Counted from the stretch's first letter, positions 30,523-40,525 are shown. The stretch is 64,000 bases of DNA from Trueperaceae bacterium (GCA_965214405.1 OZ243956.1:1024001-1088000); one strand, 5' to 3'. Notes: generated by a model from the sequence alone, not told the origin. Numbers and translations: made by a program.

Positions 30523-32127
30523 TCAGCGCAATAAGTCCTCGATATTGACCTTTTCGCCCGCTTCGATGTAGCCCGTATCCATCTGCGCGAGCTGCAAGCG
30601 GCCCGACACGTCGTCGTTGACGCCGTGCCAGTAGGTGTAGGCGTCGATCACCCAGACGCCCGACTCGCGCGTGCCGTTGCCCGAGCCCTTCACGCCGCCG
30701 AAGGGCATGTGCGCCTCCGCCCCGGTGGTCGAGTTGTTGATGGAGGTCATTCCCGCCTCGATGCGGTCCTTGAACGCGTAAGCCCACTCGCGGTTGTTGG
30801 TGTAGATGGCCGACGAAAGGCCGTAGTCCACCGCGTTGGCTGCCTCTATAGCCTCGTCAATCCCGTCCACCCTGACCAGGTTGATAGTCGGGCCGAACAC
30901 TTCCGTCTGAAAAAGCTTCGTGCCGGGCTTGATATTCTCCCAGACCGTCGGCCAGCCGTAGAAGCCCGCGTCGGGGTCGTCTACAAAACCCTCCGGCTTA
31001 TTTTCTTGGGTGATGCGCCCCTCCCCGTAAAGCAGCGTCGCGCCGTCTTCGGCCCAGTCGTAGTGGCTCAGCCAGGTTTCAAAAAACCGTTGGTTGATAA
31101 AGGGGCCGTAGAGCACGTCGTCATGTGCGTTGGGGTCGCCAATTTTGACTCTTTTTGTCTCATCCAAGAACTTGGCTTTAAACGCGTCGTAGATGGGCGC
31201 GTCCAGGATGATGTTACCCGCGCTCGTGCAGCGCTGCCCGCCCGTGCCGAACGAGGCCCAGAGAGCGCCCGCGACGGCGTTGTCTAGGTCGGCGTCACGC
31301 ATGACGACGAGCGGGTTTTTGCCGCCGAGTTCCAAGGTCGGGTGCAAGAGGTTCCGCCCCGCCACCTCGCCGATGTGGCGGCCTACCCCCGTCGAGCCCG
31401 TAAAGGCGAACTTGGCGAGCAGCCCCTCGTCCATCATCTCAACTAAATACTCACCCGCCGCGCCCTTCCCGCCGCCGAAGACCACGTTCATCACGCCCTT
31501 GGGCAGCCCGGCCTCCTCCATGAGTTTGACCAAGGCGTAGGCGCAGGCGGGCGCGTCTTCCGAGGGCTTCCAGACAATCGTATTGCCTGTCAGAAGCGCG
31601 GGGATGATTTTCCAGGCGGGCACCGCCACGGGAAAGTTCCCGGCGGTCACCATGCCGACCACGCCTAAGGGGCGGCGGTAGGTGCTGAGTTCTTTGTTGG
31701 GCATTTCCGAAGGGACCGTCTGACCGTAAAGTCTGCGCCCCTCCGACTGGAAAAAGTGGCAGGTGTCAATCGCTTCTTGCACGTCGCCCCGCGCCTCTTT
31801 GAGCGTCTTGCCCATCTCTCGAGTGACGAGGCGGGAGAGCGCTTCCTTTTCGCGCGTGATGGCCCGCCCAATCGCGCCGATGACCTCGCCGCGGACCGGG
31901 GCGGGGGTCTTGGACCAGCTCTTAAAGGCTTCCTTGGCGGTCTCGCAGGCTTCACGCACCTGCGCCTTGGTCGCCTCGGGAAAGGTGCCGATAACGTCGG
32001 AGAGGCGGCTCGAGTTCCGCGACTCAAACGTTTTTTCGCTCTCTACTTCCTGACCGCCGATAAGGTTATGAAAAGCTCTAGGCGTTTTTGTTTCTTGCTT
32101 GGTCTTTTGTGTGATGGTGTCTGTCAT
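30523..32127 (-). CDS. Aldehyde dehydrogenase family protein
   Basis: GNFP, WKPSE, FTGST, LELGGKNP, GQRCTS, EVFGP, PFGGVKGSG motifs. Confidence 0.93.
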   Translation of the reverse strand: MTDTITQKTKQETKTPRAFHNLIGGQEVESEKTFESRNSSRLSDVIGTFPEATKAQVREACETAKEAFKSWSKTPAPVRGEVIGAIGRAITREKEALSRLVTREMGKTLKEARGDVQEAIDTCHFFQSEGRRLYGQTVPSEMPNKELSTYRRPLGVVGMVTAGNFPVAVPAWKIIPALLTGNTIVWKPSEDAPACAYALVKLMEEAGLPKGVMNVVFGGGKGAAGEYLVEMMDEGLLAKFAFTGSTGVGRHIGEVAGRNLLHPTLELGGKNPLVVMRDADLDNAVAGALWASFGTGGQRCTSAGNIILDAPIYDAFKAKFLDETKRVKIGDPNAHDDVLYGPFINQRFFETWLSHYDWAEDGATLLYGEGRITQENKPEGFVDDPDAGFYGWPTVWENIKPGTKLFQTEVFGPTINLVRVDGIDEAIEAANAVDYGLSSAIYTNNREWAYAFKDRIEAGMTSINNSTTGAEAHMPFGGVKGSGNGTRESGVWVIDAYTYWHGVNDDVSGRLQLAQMDTGYIEAGEKVNIEDLLR

Positions 32128-32250
32128 GGGTCCTCCAAACCGCTAGTTGCATATATCCGTGTATATAACGTTTAATGCTACCACAGCGCCCCCAAGCCGT
32201 CATGAATCCGCGTCGGCATTCAAGATTCGGGCGCGCCAGATTTAGGAGCG

Positions 32251-33665
32251 CAGCAGTTCCAAATTTAATCGTTCAAGTAGAATCAAGCTCTAAGACCTCA
32301 TTAAGTTCAAGCCCTTGGGCCCTAAAGAGTAAGAGCTGAGCCCAGGAGTCAAAGAGGTGAAAACGCGTCAGGGTGCGCAAGTCGCCAAAGAAGGTGGAAC
32401 GGGGCCCTAAGCGGGCGCGAATGGCCTGGTAACGCGCGTCAAGCAGGTCAAAGAGCGAGTGAAGCAGAAAAGCGAGCAGCATGAGCGACAACAGCATGGT
32501 CGAGAGATGCTGCTTGCCATGCCCAAAGTTGTGCTCAAAGTTGTAGCCTTTGGTTTTCAGGACGTTGTTGCCCTCGTTCTCGACTTTCCACCTCGCCCGG
32601 CCCCAGGTAACGACGCGGACAATGGTTCGTAGGCTCAAGGAGAGGTTAGTCGCAAAGGTGTTGTGGTAGAGCGTCTTGCCGTTAGCATCTCGCTCAGTGA
32701 CTTCGCACCAGTTCACAGTAAGAGCGTCCCTGCCGTCGCGTAGCGGTAGGTCGTTAGCAAAGCGGTAGCAAAGGCTGCGCTGTTTCTTACCCTGACCCTG
32801 TAGAAGCGTCACTTCTTGGACGGGGCTGAGCGAGAGGTAGTCGTAGAGCGTCTTGTGCGAGCTCGGCTTGCACACGAAGATGAAGTCACAGCCTTGTTCG
32901 AGCACGCGCTCACAGGTGGGCTGATGGCAGTAGAGGTCGTCACCCAAAATGACCACCCGCCCCAGTCCGTACTCGGACAGTTTGTACGAGAGCCAACGCT
33001 TAGCCGCCGCGCTCTCACAATCTTGTTTGTCGCTACCGTCTTCGCATAGAACGAACTCAGGCTCTAAACAGAGCACCTCGTGAGCCCCTGCACTAAGCAT
33101 GACCGGCAATACGACGCTGTGGGTACAGCGTGTTTTGCCACCCTTGTCTATCTTGTTGCAGCGTTCGCAACTCACCCGCTCCGAGCTATGGTACTGCGTG
33201 CCGTCAAGTGCTACCAGTACCCGACCCGCGTGCTCGAAGTGCTGCCTAAGAAGACCTGCCGCAGCAAGTTCGCGCACCACGTAGCGGTAAGCCACAGCCA
33301 GCGCGTCGGGCGAGTGCTCGTCGAGCACGTTCTTGATCTGTTCGTCACTCGCTATGCGCTCCAAGCTAAACAAGCTCTGCACGTTGCTCCGGCCTTTGCG
33401 CGCGCTCACCTCGCGTTGCCATTCCAGAAACGAGGCGTTTTGCATGAAGAACACTGAGAACGCAACGGCAGGGCGGCCTGCCCGTAACGCCGCCAGCCCT
33501 ATCTCGCTCAAGCTGTACTGTTTGTTCTTCCCCCTGCTGTCTTGCATCCCCTCAAAGATGCTCCCCAATACATCAACGAGTTGGTTAAAGCGCAACCCCT
33601 TTTCCATACCTCCAGGCTACCGCTTCTGCTAAGCAAGGGGAGAATTATTAAATTTGGAATTGCTG
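32251..33665 (-). mobile_element. ISNCY-type insertion sequence, about 1415 bp
   Basis: IRs CAGCAGTTCCAAATTTAAT / ATTAAATTTGGAATTGCTG (1 mismatch); no clear target duplication. Confidence 0.85.
32273..33607 (-). CDS. ISNCY-family DDE transposase
   Basis: ALDGT, KQDCE..AAKRW, LGDDLY, GRARWKVENE, EHNFGHG motifs. Confidence 0.88.
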   Translation of the reverse strand: MEKGLRFNQLVDVLGSIFEGMQDSRGKNKQYSLSEIGLAALRAGRPAVAFSVFFMQNASFLEWQREVSARKGRSNVQSLFSLERIASDEQIKNVLDEHSPDALAVAYRYVVRELAAAGLLRQHFEHAGRVLVALDGTQYHSSERVSCERCNKIDKGGKTRCTHSVVLPVMLSAGAHEVLCLEPEFVLCEDGSDKQDCESAAAKRWLSYKLSEYGLGRVVILGDDLYCHQPTCERVLEQGCDFIFVCKPSSHKTLYDYLSLSPVQEVTLLQGQGKKQRSLCYRFANDLPLRDGRDALTVNWCEVTERDANGKTLYHNTFATNLSLSLRTIVRVVTWGRARWKVENEGNNVLKTKGYNFEHNFGHGKQHLSTMLLSLMLLAFLLHSLFDLLDARYQAIRARLGPRSTFFGDLRTLTRFHLFDSWAQLLLFRAQGLELNEVLELDST

Positions 33666-33666
33666 C

Positions 33667-33692
33667 CTTGGCTCACTGGCTCACTTGGCTCA
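33667..33692 (+). repeat. Tandem target-site-duplication scars CTTGGCTCA-CTGGCTCA-CTTGGCTCA
   Basis: The same 9-mer recurs at 35019-35027 and 36385-36393, flanking the two adjacent IS. Confidence 0.85.
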
Positions 33693-35018
33693 GGGTGCAA
33701 CTCAGTGAATGGGGGTGATAAAACAGGACGATGACAACAGACGCAGAGCAAAGGGTAGAAGAACTGGACGCCATCATCAAGAGCATTGTTGCGGAGATAA
33801 AGCAGGAGCTAGGGACGAAAGCGAGCATGAACGAAATAGAAGCGGCCTTGCTAAAGCGACAAAGTAGCCTGATGAGTCGCCTGATGCAGCACCTGGTTGA
33901 GAGCCAGGATTTTCCCCCCTCTGATGAACAAAAGCGAGGGTTGGCATAAAGACGGACGGGGCGAGCTTGAGGTCAAGCACTTCTGGGGGAGCGTGCGCGT
34001 ACCCAGTCAAAGGTACGAACACAAAGACGGCAGACATTGCCAAGTCGCCCTGGACCCAAACTTAGACGGCAGTGGTTGGACAGCGGGCGCATTGAACGTG
34101 ATGATGCGTTTGAGTAGCGCTTTATCGTATGAAAAAGCGGTAGAAGTCAGCCGTGACTTTGAGATGTTGCCGGGCATGAGTCGCGCGGGCTTGGAGCGCT
34201 TGACCCAACCTTACGCCAGCGCTTGTCAGGCGCAAACGCGCGAGCTGCTGGACACGGCCAAAGATGCAGCGTTGCTAGCAGGACGAGGGCGGAAAGTGGT
34301 GATTGAAGTTGACGGGGTGCGGGTGCTCGAAAAAGCTCAGGACGGGGTTTGTGGCGGCATCGAGATCAAGAGCGCGGTGATCCACCCGGTGTCTGCACCT
34401 CAGCAACGCAGCCTGTTAGCCGATGTGTGTGAGGCGACAGCGTTTACCGACCAAGTAGCGGGGCTGATGCGTGAAGCAGGCCTGAGACAAGATGATGAAG
34501 TCGTCGGCCTGAGCGATGGCGCGAGTTGGATCAAAAACCTTTACGAGCATCTGGGTATCCCACACATCATCGACGTTTACCACAGCAGTGCTTACCTTGA
34601 CACCCTTATGGAAGCTCTCGGCTGGGATGAGCGCGAACGTAGCCAAACAAGACGCTCTTGGCTTAGCGGCGAGATTGCTGCTGCGGATTGGTTACAAACG
34701 CATCGTCCTGACCCTGCTGTTTGGCTGAGCTGGGATGACACATCACAAACGGCTTTACGCTATCTTCAAGAACGTCAACACCATATGGATTACCCCAGTT
34801 ATAAAAATTGTGGCTTACCCATTGGCTCTGGTCAAGTCGAGGGCGTCAACAAGAGCGTCATCGGCTTCCGCATGAAACAGTCGGGGATGCAGTGGTCGCG
34901 TCCTGGCGCAGGTCGCATGGCTTCTTTTAGAGCTAGGCGTTGTTCCAAGCAGCCGCTCGTCTCCCATGACACCATAAGGCACCACGCCTTTTCTTCCCCC
35001 ACTACGTGAGTTGCACCC
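33693..35018 (+). mobile_element. ISKra4/ISLre2-type (Mutator-like) IS; ORFs 33731-33949 and about 33910-35009 linked by a +1 shift
   Basis: Perfect 12-bp IRs GGGTGCAACTCA; 9-bp DR CTTGGCTCA; EVDGV, SDGASWI, DVYH and PIGSGQVEG motifs. Confidence 0.88.
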
Positions 35019-35027
35019 CTTGGCTCA

Positions 35028-36383
35028 GGGTGCATCCTGCTCTAAGGTGAAAGTTAGGAAGCCAAAGCGAAGGCTGAGAAACGAAGGTCATCAAAGTCCA
35101 GTAGCGGATGTTTAGCACAAGTTTGTGCCCTGAGTGAGGCCATGCCCTTAGCGCCAGAAGGTGACCAGTGCATACCACTTCTTTTCATGCGGTGACCAAT
35201 AACAGCCTTGTTCATCCCTTCAACCTGACCTGAACCAATGGGGTAGCGTTTGTTTTTGAAGCTGGGATAGTCCATAGAATCTAAGCGCTGCTCTAAGTAG
35301 TTAAGAGCCGATAAGGCGTTGTCTTGCCAGGTCATCCACAGCTCGGGCTCAGGGAGATACTGTTCTAACCAGTCTCGCGCACTGATGTCGCCCCTGTACC
35401 AGTCCCGCCTGTGCCGGGTTCGCTCGGCTTCATCCCAGTGCAGGGCCTGCATGACGACATTGAGGTAAGTCGCAGCGTGAAAGACATCGGTAATGCGCGT
35501 AGCCGCCAGGTGAGTAAAGATGGTGTCAATCCATTTCGCACCGTCGCCTAGGCCGATAAGGGTATCTTGGGCTGTGACACCCGCCTCTACAAGCAAGCCT
35601 AAAAGCAGGGGCAAAAAGTCCTCGGCTGAACATCTGTCTGCTAACATCCACCTTTCGCCGGGACCATTTTGAGAGTAAAGAACAGCGCTCTTTATTTCTA
35701 GCCCCGGACAACTCTTTGCTTCAGGACGACCCAGCACATAAACACCATCAACTTGTAGGACCATCACACGCCCCGGCTTAGCGCTTGGCTGAACCGGACA
35801 CTCACGCGTTTGCCTTAGCTTTTCACTCACTGCCTGTTCACAGTGAAGCGCGTAGAGACTGGTTAAAGTCGCAAGGCTTGAACCGCTAATGTCGAGTCCA
35901 AACAGCTTGGCGAGATGACTGCCTTCTTCATAAGGCAGACGGCTACTGAGTTCGAGCAAGCGTTCCAAGGCTTCAGGGCTCCAGCCCGATTCATCCAAGC
36001 AGCCATCATAGTAGACCTGTTGACGCTCTCCCGTTCGAGCTTTCAACCTCTGGACTTTGACACGAACACTACCCCAGCACGTCTTGATATTGCCTGTACT
36101 CAGACCGTTACGCCAGTAGCCCTCAGGTGTCGCTTTGGCTTCGGGGGGAAAAAGCCTCGGCGTTCGCCAGGGCCTCGGCTGTTTTTCTCATCATCTCCGG
36201 CGAGAACTTTAGCATTGCCCTTTCTATATCTCTAAAGTTGGCGTCCGGCGCTAGCGTTGCCTTCAAATCGGCTAAGTAATGCTCGAATGCTTCTCTCGCC
36301 TTCTCTTCCCAGTCTGGCTTGTTCATGCGCCAGTCTACTTCCCTTTGCACCCTTTTTCTATCCCCTTATGCCAGGATGCACCC
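35028..36383 (-). mobile_element. ISKra4/ISLre2-type IS; ORFs 36326-36123 and about 36150-35054 linked by a +1 shift
   Basis: Perfect 12-bp IRs GGGTGCATCCTG; DR CTTGGCTCA; QVDGV, GDGAKWI, DVFHA and PIGSGQVEG motifs. Confidence 0.88.
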
Positions 36384-36400
36384 ACTTGGCTCAACTCAGC

Positions 36401-36430
36401 TTGACAAGGTCCGGCCCGGATTTATACAAT
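36401..36430 (+). promoter_or_regulatory. sigma70-type promoter of tRNA-Gln
   Basis: TTGACA-N18-TACAAT about 60 bp upstream of the tRNA. Confidence 0.75.
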
Positions 36431-36489
36431 TGCGTTTGCGCCTCTCCGGCGTTGACCTCTGGTCAATCCCCAAGGCGCGCGTGAGACGG

Positions 36490-36563
36490 TGGGGTGTCGT
36501 CTAACGGCAGGACAGCGGATTTTGGTTCCGTTAATCGGGGTTCGAGTCCCTGCACCCCAACCA
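36490..36563 (+). tRNA. tRNA-Gln (TTG)
   Basis: Acceptor TGGGGTG/CACCCCA + ACCA; anticodon arm GCGGA-TTTTGGT-TCCGT; T-loop TTCGAGT. Confidence 0.96.
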
Positions 36564-36593
36564 GCAACAAACGCTGTCTAGAACAGCATATAA

Positions 36594-36634
36594 GAAAAGC
36601 GGCTGAGCCTGCCATCAGCCGCTTTTCCCTTTTT
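36594..36634 (+). terminator. Intrinsic terminator after tRNA-Gln
   Basis: GAAAAGCGGCTGA-N8-TCAGCCGCTTTTC then CCTTTTT. Confidence 0.8.
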
Positions 36635-36782
36635 GTGGTTCTCTTTAAGCCGCGCGCCTGAAGCGCCTTTGAGGCCGCTCGAGGATACATTTGGGACCTG
36701 CGAGACCTTCGGACGGCTCTACGGTCGGTAAGATGAAGGACACCGGAATTTTACAAAGACTATTTTCTTAGGCAGCCACATC

Positions 36783-38858
36783 ATGACCCAAAAACCCAAA
36801 TTTCTCAGCGAGACCTATGCTCGAGCCTTTCTGTCCCCCCGCGTGGCCCAGGCCTACCAACACCGCCCGCCCTACGCCACTGAGGTGTTTGACATCCTCA
36901 GTGGCTTGTTATCCATGCCTCCTAACCGCGTCCTCGACCTCGGCTGCGGCACGGGCTTCGTCGCGCGTCGCCTGGCCCCCCGCGTCGCTCGGGTTGACGC
37001 GGTTGACGTGTCGGAGGCGATGATTGCGGAAGGAAAAAAGCTTCCTGGCGGCGACCATCCCCGGCTTCGGTGGATTGTGGGACGCGCCGAGACGGTTCGG
37101 CTCGAGCCGCCTTACAGCCTCGTGACCGCAGGCGACAGCCTTCACTGGATGGACTGGGAGACTGTGTTACTGCGTCTAAACAGTTTGCTCGGTAAAAACG
37201 CTTATCTCGCCATTCTGAGCGCCGGAACCGCGCCGACGCCGTGGGACGACGCACTTGCGGAACTCGTCAAGCGTTACTCCACGAACCAGGATTACGAGCC
37301 TTTCGACCTCGTGGGGACGCTCACCGCTCGAGGGCTCTTCAAACCTTGCGGAGAACACCAGACGACGCCCGTACCCTTTGTGCAACCCCTCGAGGCTTAC
37401 GCCGCGTCGTTTCACGGCAGGTCCTCGCTGTCAAAAGATGCGATGGGTCCTCGAGCAGAAGCGTTCGGCGCGGCTCTTCGCGCGCTCGTCAGGACGTTTC
37501 AGGGTGATTCTGAGGATGAAACGGTGCAACTCGAGCTCGTCTCGACGATCACTTGGGGAAGCCTCTGGCACCCGCCGCTGGACTATGCTGAACCCATGAG
37601 CCATCCGTCTACCATCCCTCCCACCATGCGCGCGTTCACCCTCTCCGGCACAGGCTGGGAGCATCTAAGCCTCCGCACCGTGCCCACACCCCAACCCGGC
37701 CCGAAGCAGCTTCTGGCCAGGGTAGACGCCGCGGGCATCTGCACCTCGCTCATCAAACTTATCGAGCAGGGACCCAAGCACCCTTACCTCTACGGCTGGG
37801 ACGTGAGCGCGCACCCCGTCATCCTGGGCGACGAGGGCGCGGTGACGCTTCAAGCGGTCGGGGAGGATTTGCGGGAGCGTTACGGGGTGGGCGAAAGGTT
37901 CGTCATCCAGCCCGCCGTGGACCACGCGCCGCTGGACCACCGGGAGCGCTACAAAAATGTCGAGCACGTTCACAAGCTCGCGGTCGGTTACACGCTGCCG
38001 GGGCATCTGGCGGAGTACATTTTGATTTCTGAGGAGGTGATGGCGGCGGGCTGCCTTCTCCCTTTTTCGAACCTCCCCTACGCCCACGCCGCCCTGAGTG
38101 AGCCCTTGTCGTGCGTAGTTTCGGGGCAAGACCATCACGTGCATCTCACGCAAAAAACACCCCAAAGGAAGCGAGAGGCGCACAAGGGGGTCAAGCCCGG
38201 CGGCGTCACGGTGGTCGTCGGCGCGGGCGCGATGGGCCGGATGCACGTGGACGTGGCGCTGAGTTACGGACCCAGGACCATCGTCGTGACCGACTTTTTA
38301 GAGGCGCGGCTGGGGCGCGTGCGTGAGCTTTTCGGCACCAAGGCGGTGGGGCTCGAGGTGGGGCTGCACACCGTCAACGGGCGGGAGGACGTTCGGGGCT
38401 TGGTGAACACGCTCACGAACAACCGCGGCGCGGACGACGTGATTGTGGCGGTGGGGTCGGCGCAGGCCATCGAGACGGCGCAGCACTTCTGCGGGCGGGG
38501 CGCGGTCTTGAACCTTTTCGGCGGGCTTAAACGCGGTGAGGACGTGGTCGGGCTCGACACCGGCCTCGTTCACTATCAGGAAATCATCGTCACCGGCTCC
38601 TCGGGCGGCTCGCCGTGGGACGTGGCGCGGACCCTAGAGCTTTTGTCAGCGGACAAGCTTAGCGCGGGCGCGCACATCACCCGCGTCGGCGATTTGAGCC
38701 ACGCGGCGGCGCTGTTAAACATGGTCAAGGCTCAGGAACTTGACGGCAAAGCGGTGGTGTATCCGCACAGGCGTAGCGACGCCATCCTCTCCGTGGACGG
38801 CTGGACCGCCGAGGACGAGGCGGCTTATCTTAAAGGCGTTCCCGCGCCCTCTCAATGA
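36783..38858 (+). CDS. In-frame fusion of class I SAM methyltransferase and Zn-dependent (MDR) sugar-alcohol dehydrogenase; internal start likely at 37596
   Basis: VLDLGCGTG and SLHWMD in the first ~265 aa; GICTS, GDEG, VGAGAMG and GADDVIV after; TATGCT-gaaccc-ATG at 37584-37598. Confidence 0.75.
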   Translation: MTQKPKFLSETYARAFLSPRVAQAYQHRPPYATEVFDILSGLLSMPPNRVLDLGCGTGFVARRLAPRVARVDAVDVSEAMIAEGKKLPGGDHPRLRWIVGRAETVRLEPPYSLVTAGDSLHWMDWETVLLRLNSLLGKNAYLAILSAGTAPTPWDDALAELVKRYSTNQDYEPFDLVGTLTARGLFKPCGEHQTTPVPFVQPLEAYAASFHGRSSLSKDAMGPRAEAFGAALRALVRTFQGDSEDETVQLELVSTITWGSLWHPPLDYAEPMSHPSTIPPTMRAFTLSGTGWEHLSLRTVPTPQPGPKQLLARVDAAGICTSLIKLIEQGPKHPYLYGWDVSAHPVILGDEGAVTLQAVGEDLRERYGVGERFVIQPAVDHAPLDHRERYKNVEHVHKLAVGYTLPGHLAEYILISEEVMAAGCLLPFSNLPYAHAALSEPLSCVVSGQDHHVHLTQKTPQRKREAHKGVKPGGVTVVVGAGAMGRMHVDVALSYGPRTIVVTDFLEARLGRVRELFGTKAVGLEVGLHTVNGREDVRGLVNTLTNNRGADDVIVAVGSAQAIETAQHFCGRGAVLNLFGGLKRGEDVVGLDTGLVHYQEIIVTGSSGGSPWDVARTLELLSADKLSAGAHITRVGDLSHAAALLNMVKAQELDGKAVVYPHRRSDAILSVDGWTAEDEAAYLKGVPAPSQ

Positions 38859-40123
38859 GCCGCACCTTTGTCGGCTTTGGTTTTGGCGCGATTCAGGCGG
38901 GGCTCTACCTCTATGAAGGAGCCAAGTCGGGCGCGTTCGGGCGGCTCGTCGTCGCCTACCGCCGCCCGGAGGTGATTGCGCGCGTTCGGGCGGCGGGGGG
39001 CTACGGACTCAACATCGCGCACCCTGACGGCGTTGAGCAGGTGCAAGTCGGACCCGTTGAGGTAGAAGATGTGAATGTTCCGGCGGACCGCGCGCGCCTC
39101 GTTCACGCCGTTGCGGAAGCCAGCGAGCTTGCCACGGCCCTCTCGAGCGTCCGCGACTACACCTCGGCGGGGCCGGGGAGCGTTCACCGCCTCCTGGCTG
39201 CCGGATTGCGCGAGAAAGCGCGGCGGGCGGGGCCGCGCGCGGTCGTTTACGCCTCGGAAAACCACAATCACGCGGCGGAGAGGCTCGAGCGGGCCGTCTT
39301 CACTCAAATTCCAGCGCGTGAGCGGGAGGCGGTGAGGTCGCGCGTCCATTTTTCGGACACCGTCATCGGCAAGATGAGCGGCGTCGTGACGGGGGCGCGG
39401 GAGGTGGAGGCTCGAGGCCTCGCGCCCGTCACGCCGGGGAGCGAGCGCGCCTTTTTGGTCGAGGCCTTTAACCGCATCTTGACCACGAAAATTCCCTTTG
39501 AAGGGTTCGGCCGGGGCTTCCCGACTTTTGAGGAAAAAGCGGACTTGCGGCCCTTCGAGGAGGCCAAACTCTACGGCCACAACGCGACGCACGCGCTGGC
39601 CGCTTACGTCGGGGCGTTTGTGGGAACCGAGACGATTGCCGACTTGAAAAACGTCCCGGGCATGACGAACTTTCTAAGCGCGGCATTTGTGGAGGAATCG
39701 GGTGCCGCGCTCATTAAAAAGTACGCGGGTCTCGACCCCCTCTTCTCTCCCCAGGGTTACCGCCGCTACGCCGACGATTTGTTGACGCGCATGATGAACC
39801 CCCATTTGCGCGATACGGTGGCGCGGGTGGGGCGCGACCCGGCGCGCAAGCTGGGCTGGGACGACCGGCTCGTCGGCACCATGCGTTTGGCCCTGCGTGA
39901 GGGCGTGACGCCCCGCCGCTACGCGCTGGGCGCGGCGGCGGCGTTGGGGGCGCTCGAGCCTTATTTAGAACAGTCTAAGCAGCTCGAGGCGCTGGGGGCA
40001 CTGTGGGAGTATATTCCCGCTACCCGTGAAAAGGAGACCGTGCTGGAGCTTGTCGGAGAGGGCCAACAAAGGCTTGACCGCTGGCGGGAAGGGGGGTTCG
40101 GGCGGCTCGAGGCTCTTTTGTGA
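38855..40123 (+). CDS. Mannitol-1-phosphate dehydrogenase-like protein
   Basis: GFGFGAIQAG, ASEN, EEAKLYGHNATHA, RMMNPHLRD.VARVGRDP.RKL motifs. Confidence 0.75.
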   Translation: MSRTFVGFGFGAIQAGLYLYEGAKSGAFGRLVVAYRRPEVIARVRAAGGYGLNIAHPDGVEQVQVGPVEVEDVNVPADRARLVHAVAEASELATALSSVRDYTSAGPGSVHRLLAAGLREKARRAGPRAVVYASENHNHAAERLERAVFTQIPAREREAVRSRVHFSDTVIGKMSGVVTGAREVEARGLAPVTPGSERAFLVEAFNRILTTKIPFEGFGRGFPTFEEKADLRPFEEAKLYGHNATHALAAYVGAFVGTETIADLKNVPGMTNFLSAAFVEESGAALIKKYAGLDPLFSPQGYRRYADDLLTRMMNPHLRDTVARVGRDPARKLGWDDRLVGTMRLALREGVTPRRYALGAAAALGALEPYLEQSKQLEALGALWEYIPATREKETVLELVGEGQQRLDRWREGGFGRLEALL

Positions 40124-40195
40124 CGCTCACTGCCCCTTTCTTGGCCCACCGCGGGTCAAGATAGCTCACGGGTTCATACAGGCCTTGTGGCACAA

Positions 40196-40229
40196 AAGCG
40201 AGCCGGAACTTTTCTGTTCCGGCTCGCTT
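40196..40229. terminator. Hairpin terminator between convergent genes
   Basis: AAGCGAGCCGGAAC-N6-GTTCCGGCTCGCTT perfect 14-bp stem. Confidence 0.75.
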
Positions 40230-40279
40230 GCAACCATGTTGCTTTCGAATGAGCGACTTTAAGCAGGTGACGCTACGCG

Positions 40280-40525
40280 CTAATCGCCCACCCCGACGCC
40301 TTCGCCAAGCCCTTCGCGGAAGGTATCGTATTCGCCGCGGAAGGTGTCATACTCGCCGCGAAACGTGTCGTACTCGCCGCGCAAGGTGTCATAGTCGGTC
40401 CTTAGAGAGTCGTAATCGCCTCTCAAACTTACAACTTCTTCCTCTAGCGCGCCGTAGTCGCCGCCGGTTTCGCAACCGACGAGCAGACCCGCAAAAAGTG
40501 CGATGACAAGAAACGTTCTTTTCAT
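40280..40525 (-). CDS. Small lipoprotein with heptad repeats (YDTFRGE)
   Basis: GGGAGG RBS; MKRTFLVIALFAGLLVG-C lipobox; 21-bp coding repeats. Confidence 0.8.
   Translation of the reverse strand: MKRTFLVIALFAGLLVGCETGGDYGALEEEVVSLRGDYDSLRTDYDTLRGEYDTFRGEYDTFRGEYDTFREGLGEGVGVGD

Noticed and set aside
36490..36563. tRNA-Gln as the att site of an integrated prophage or ICE
   Set aside because: No duplicated tRNA 3' end and no integrase in the window; the IS lie upstream of the promoter instead
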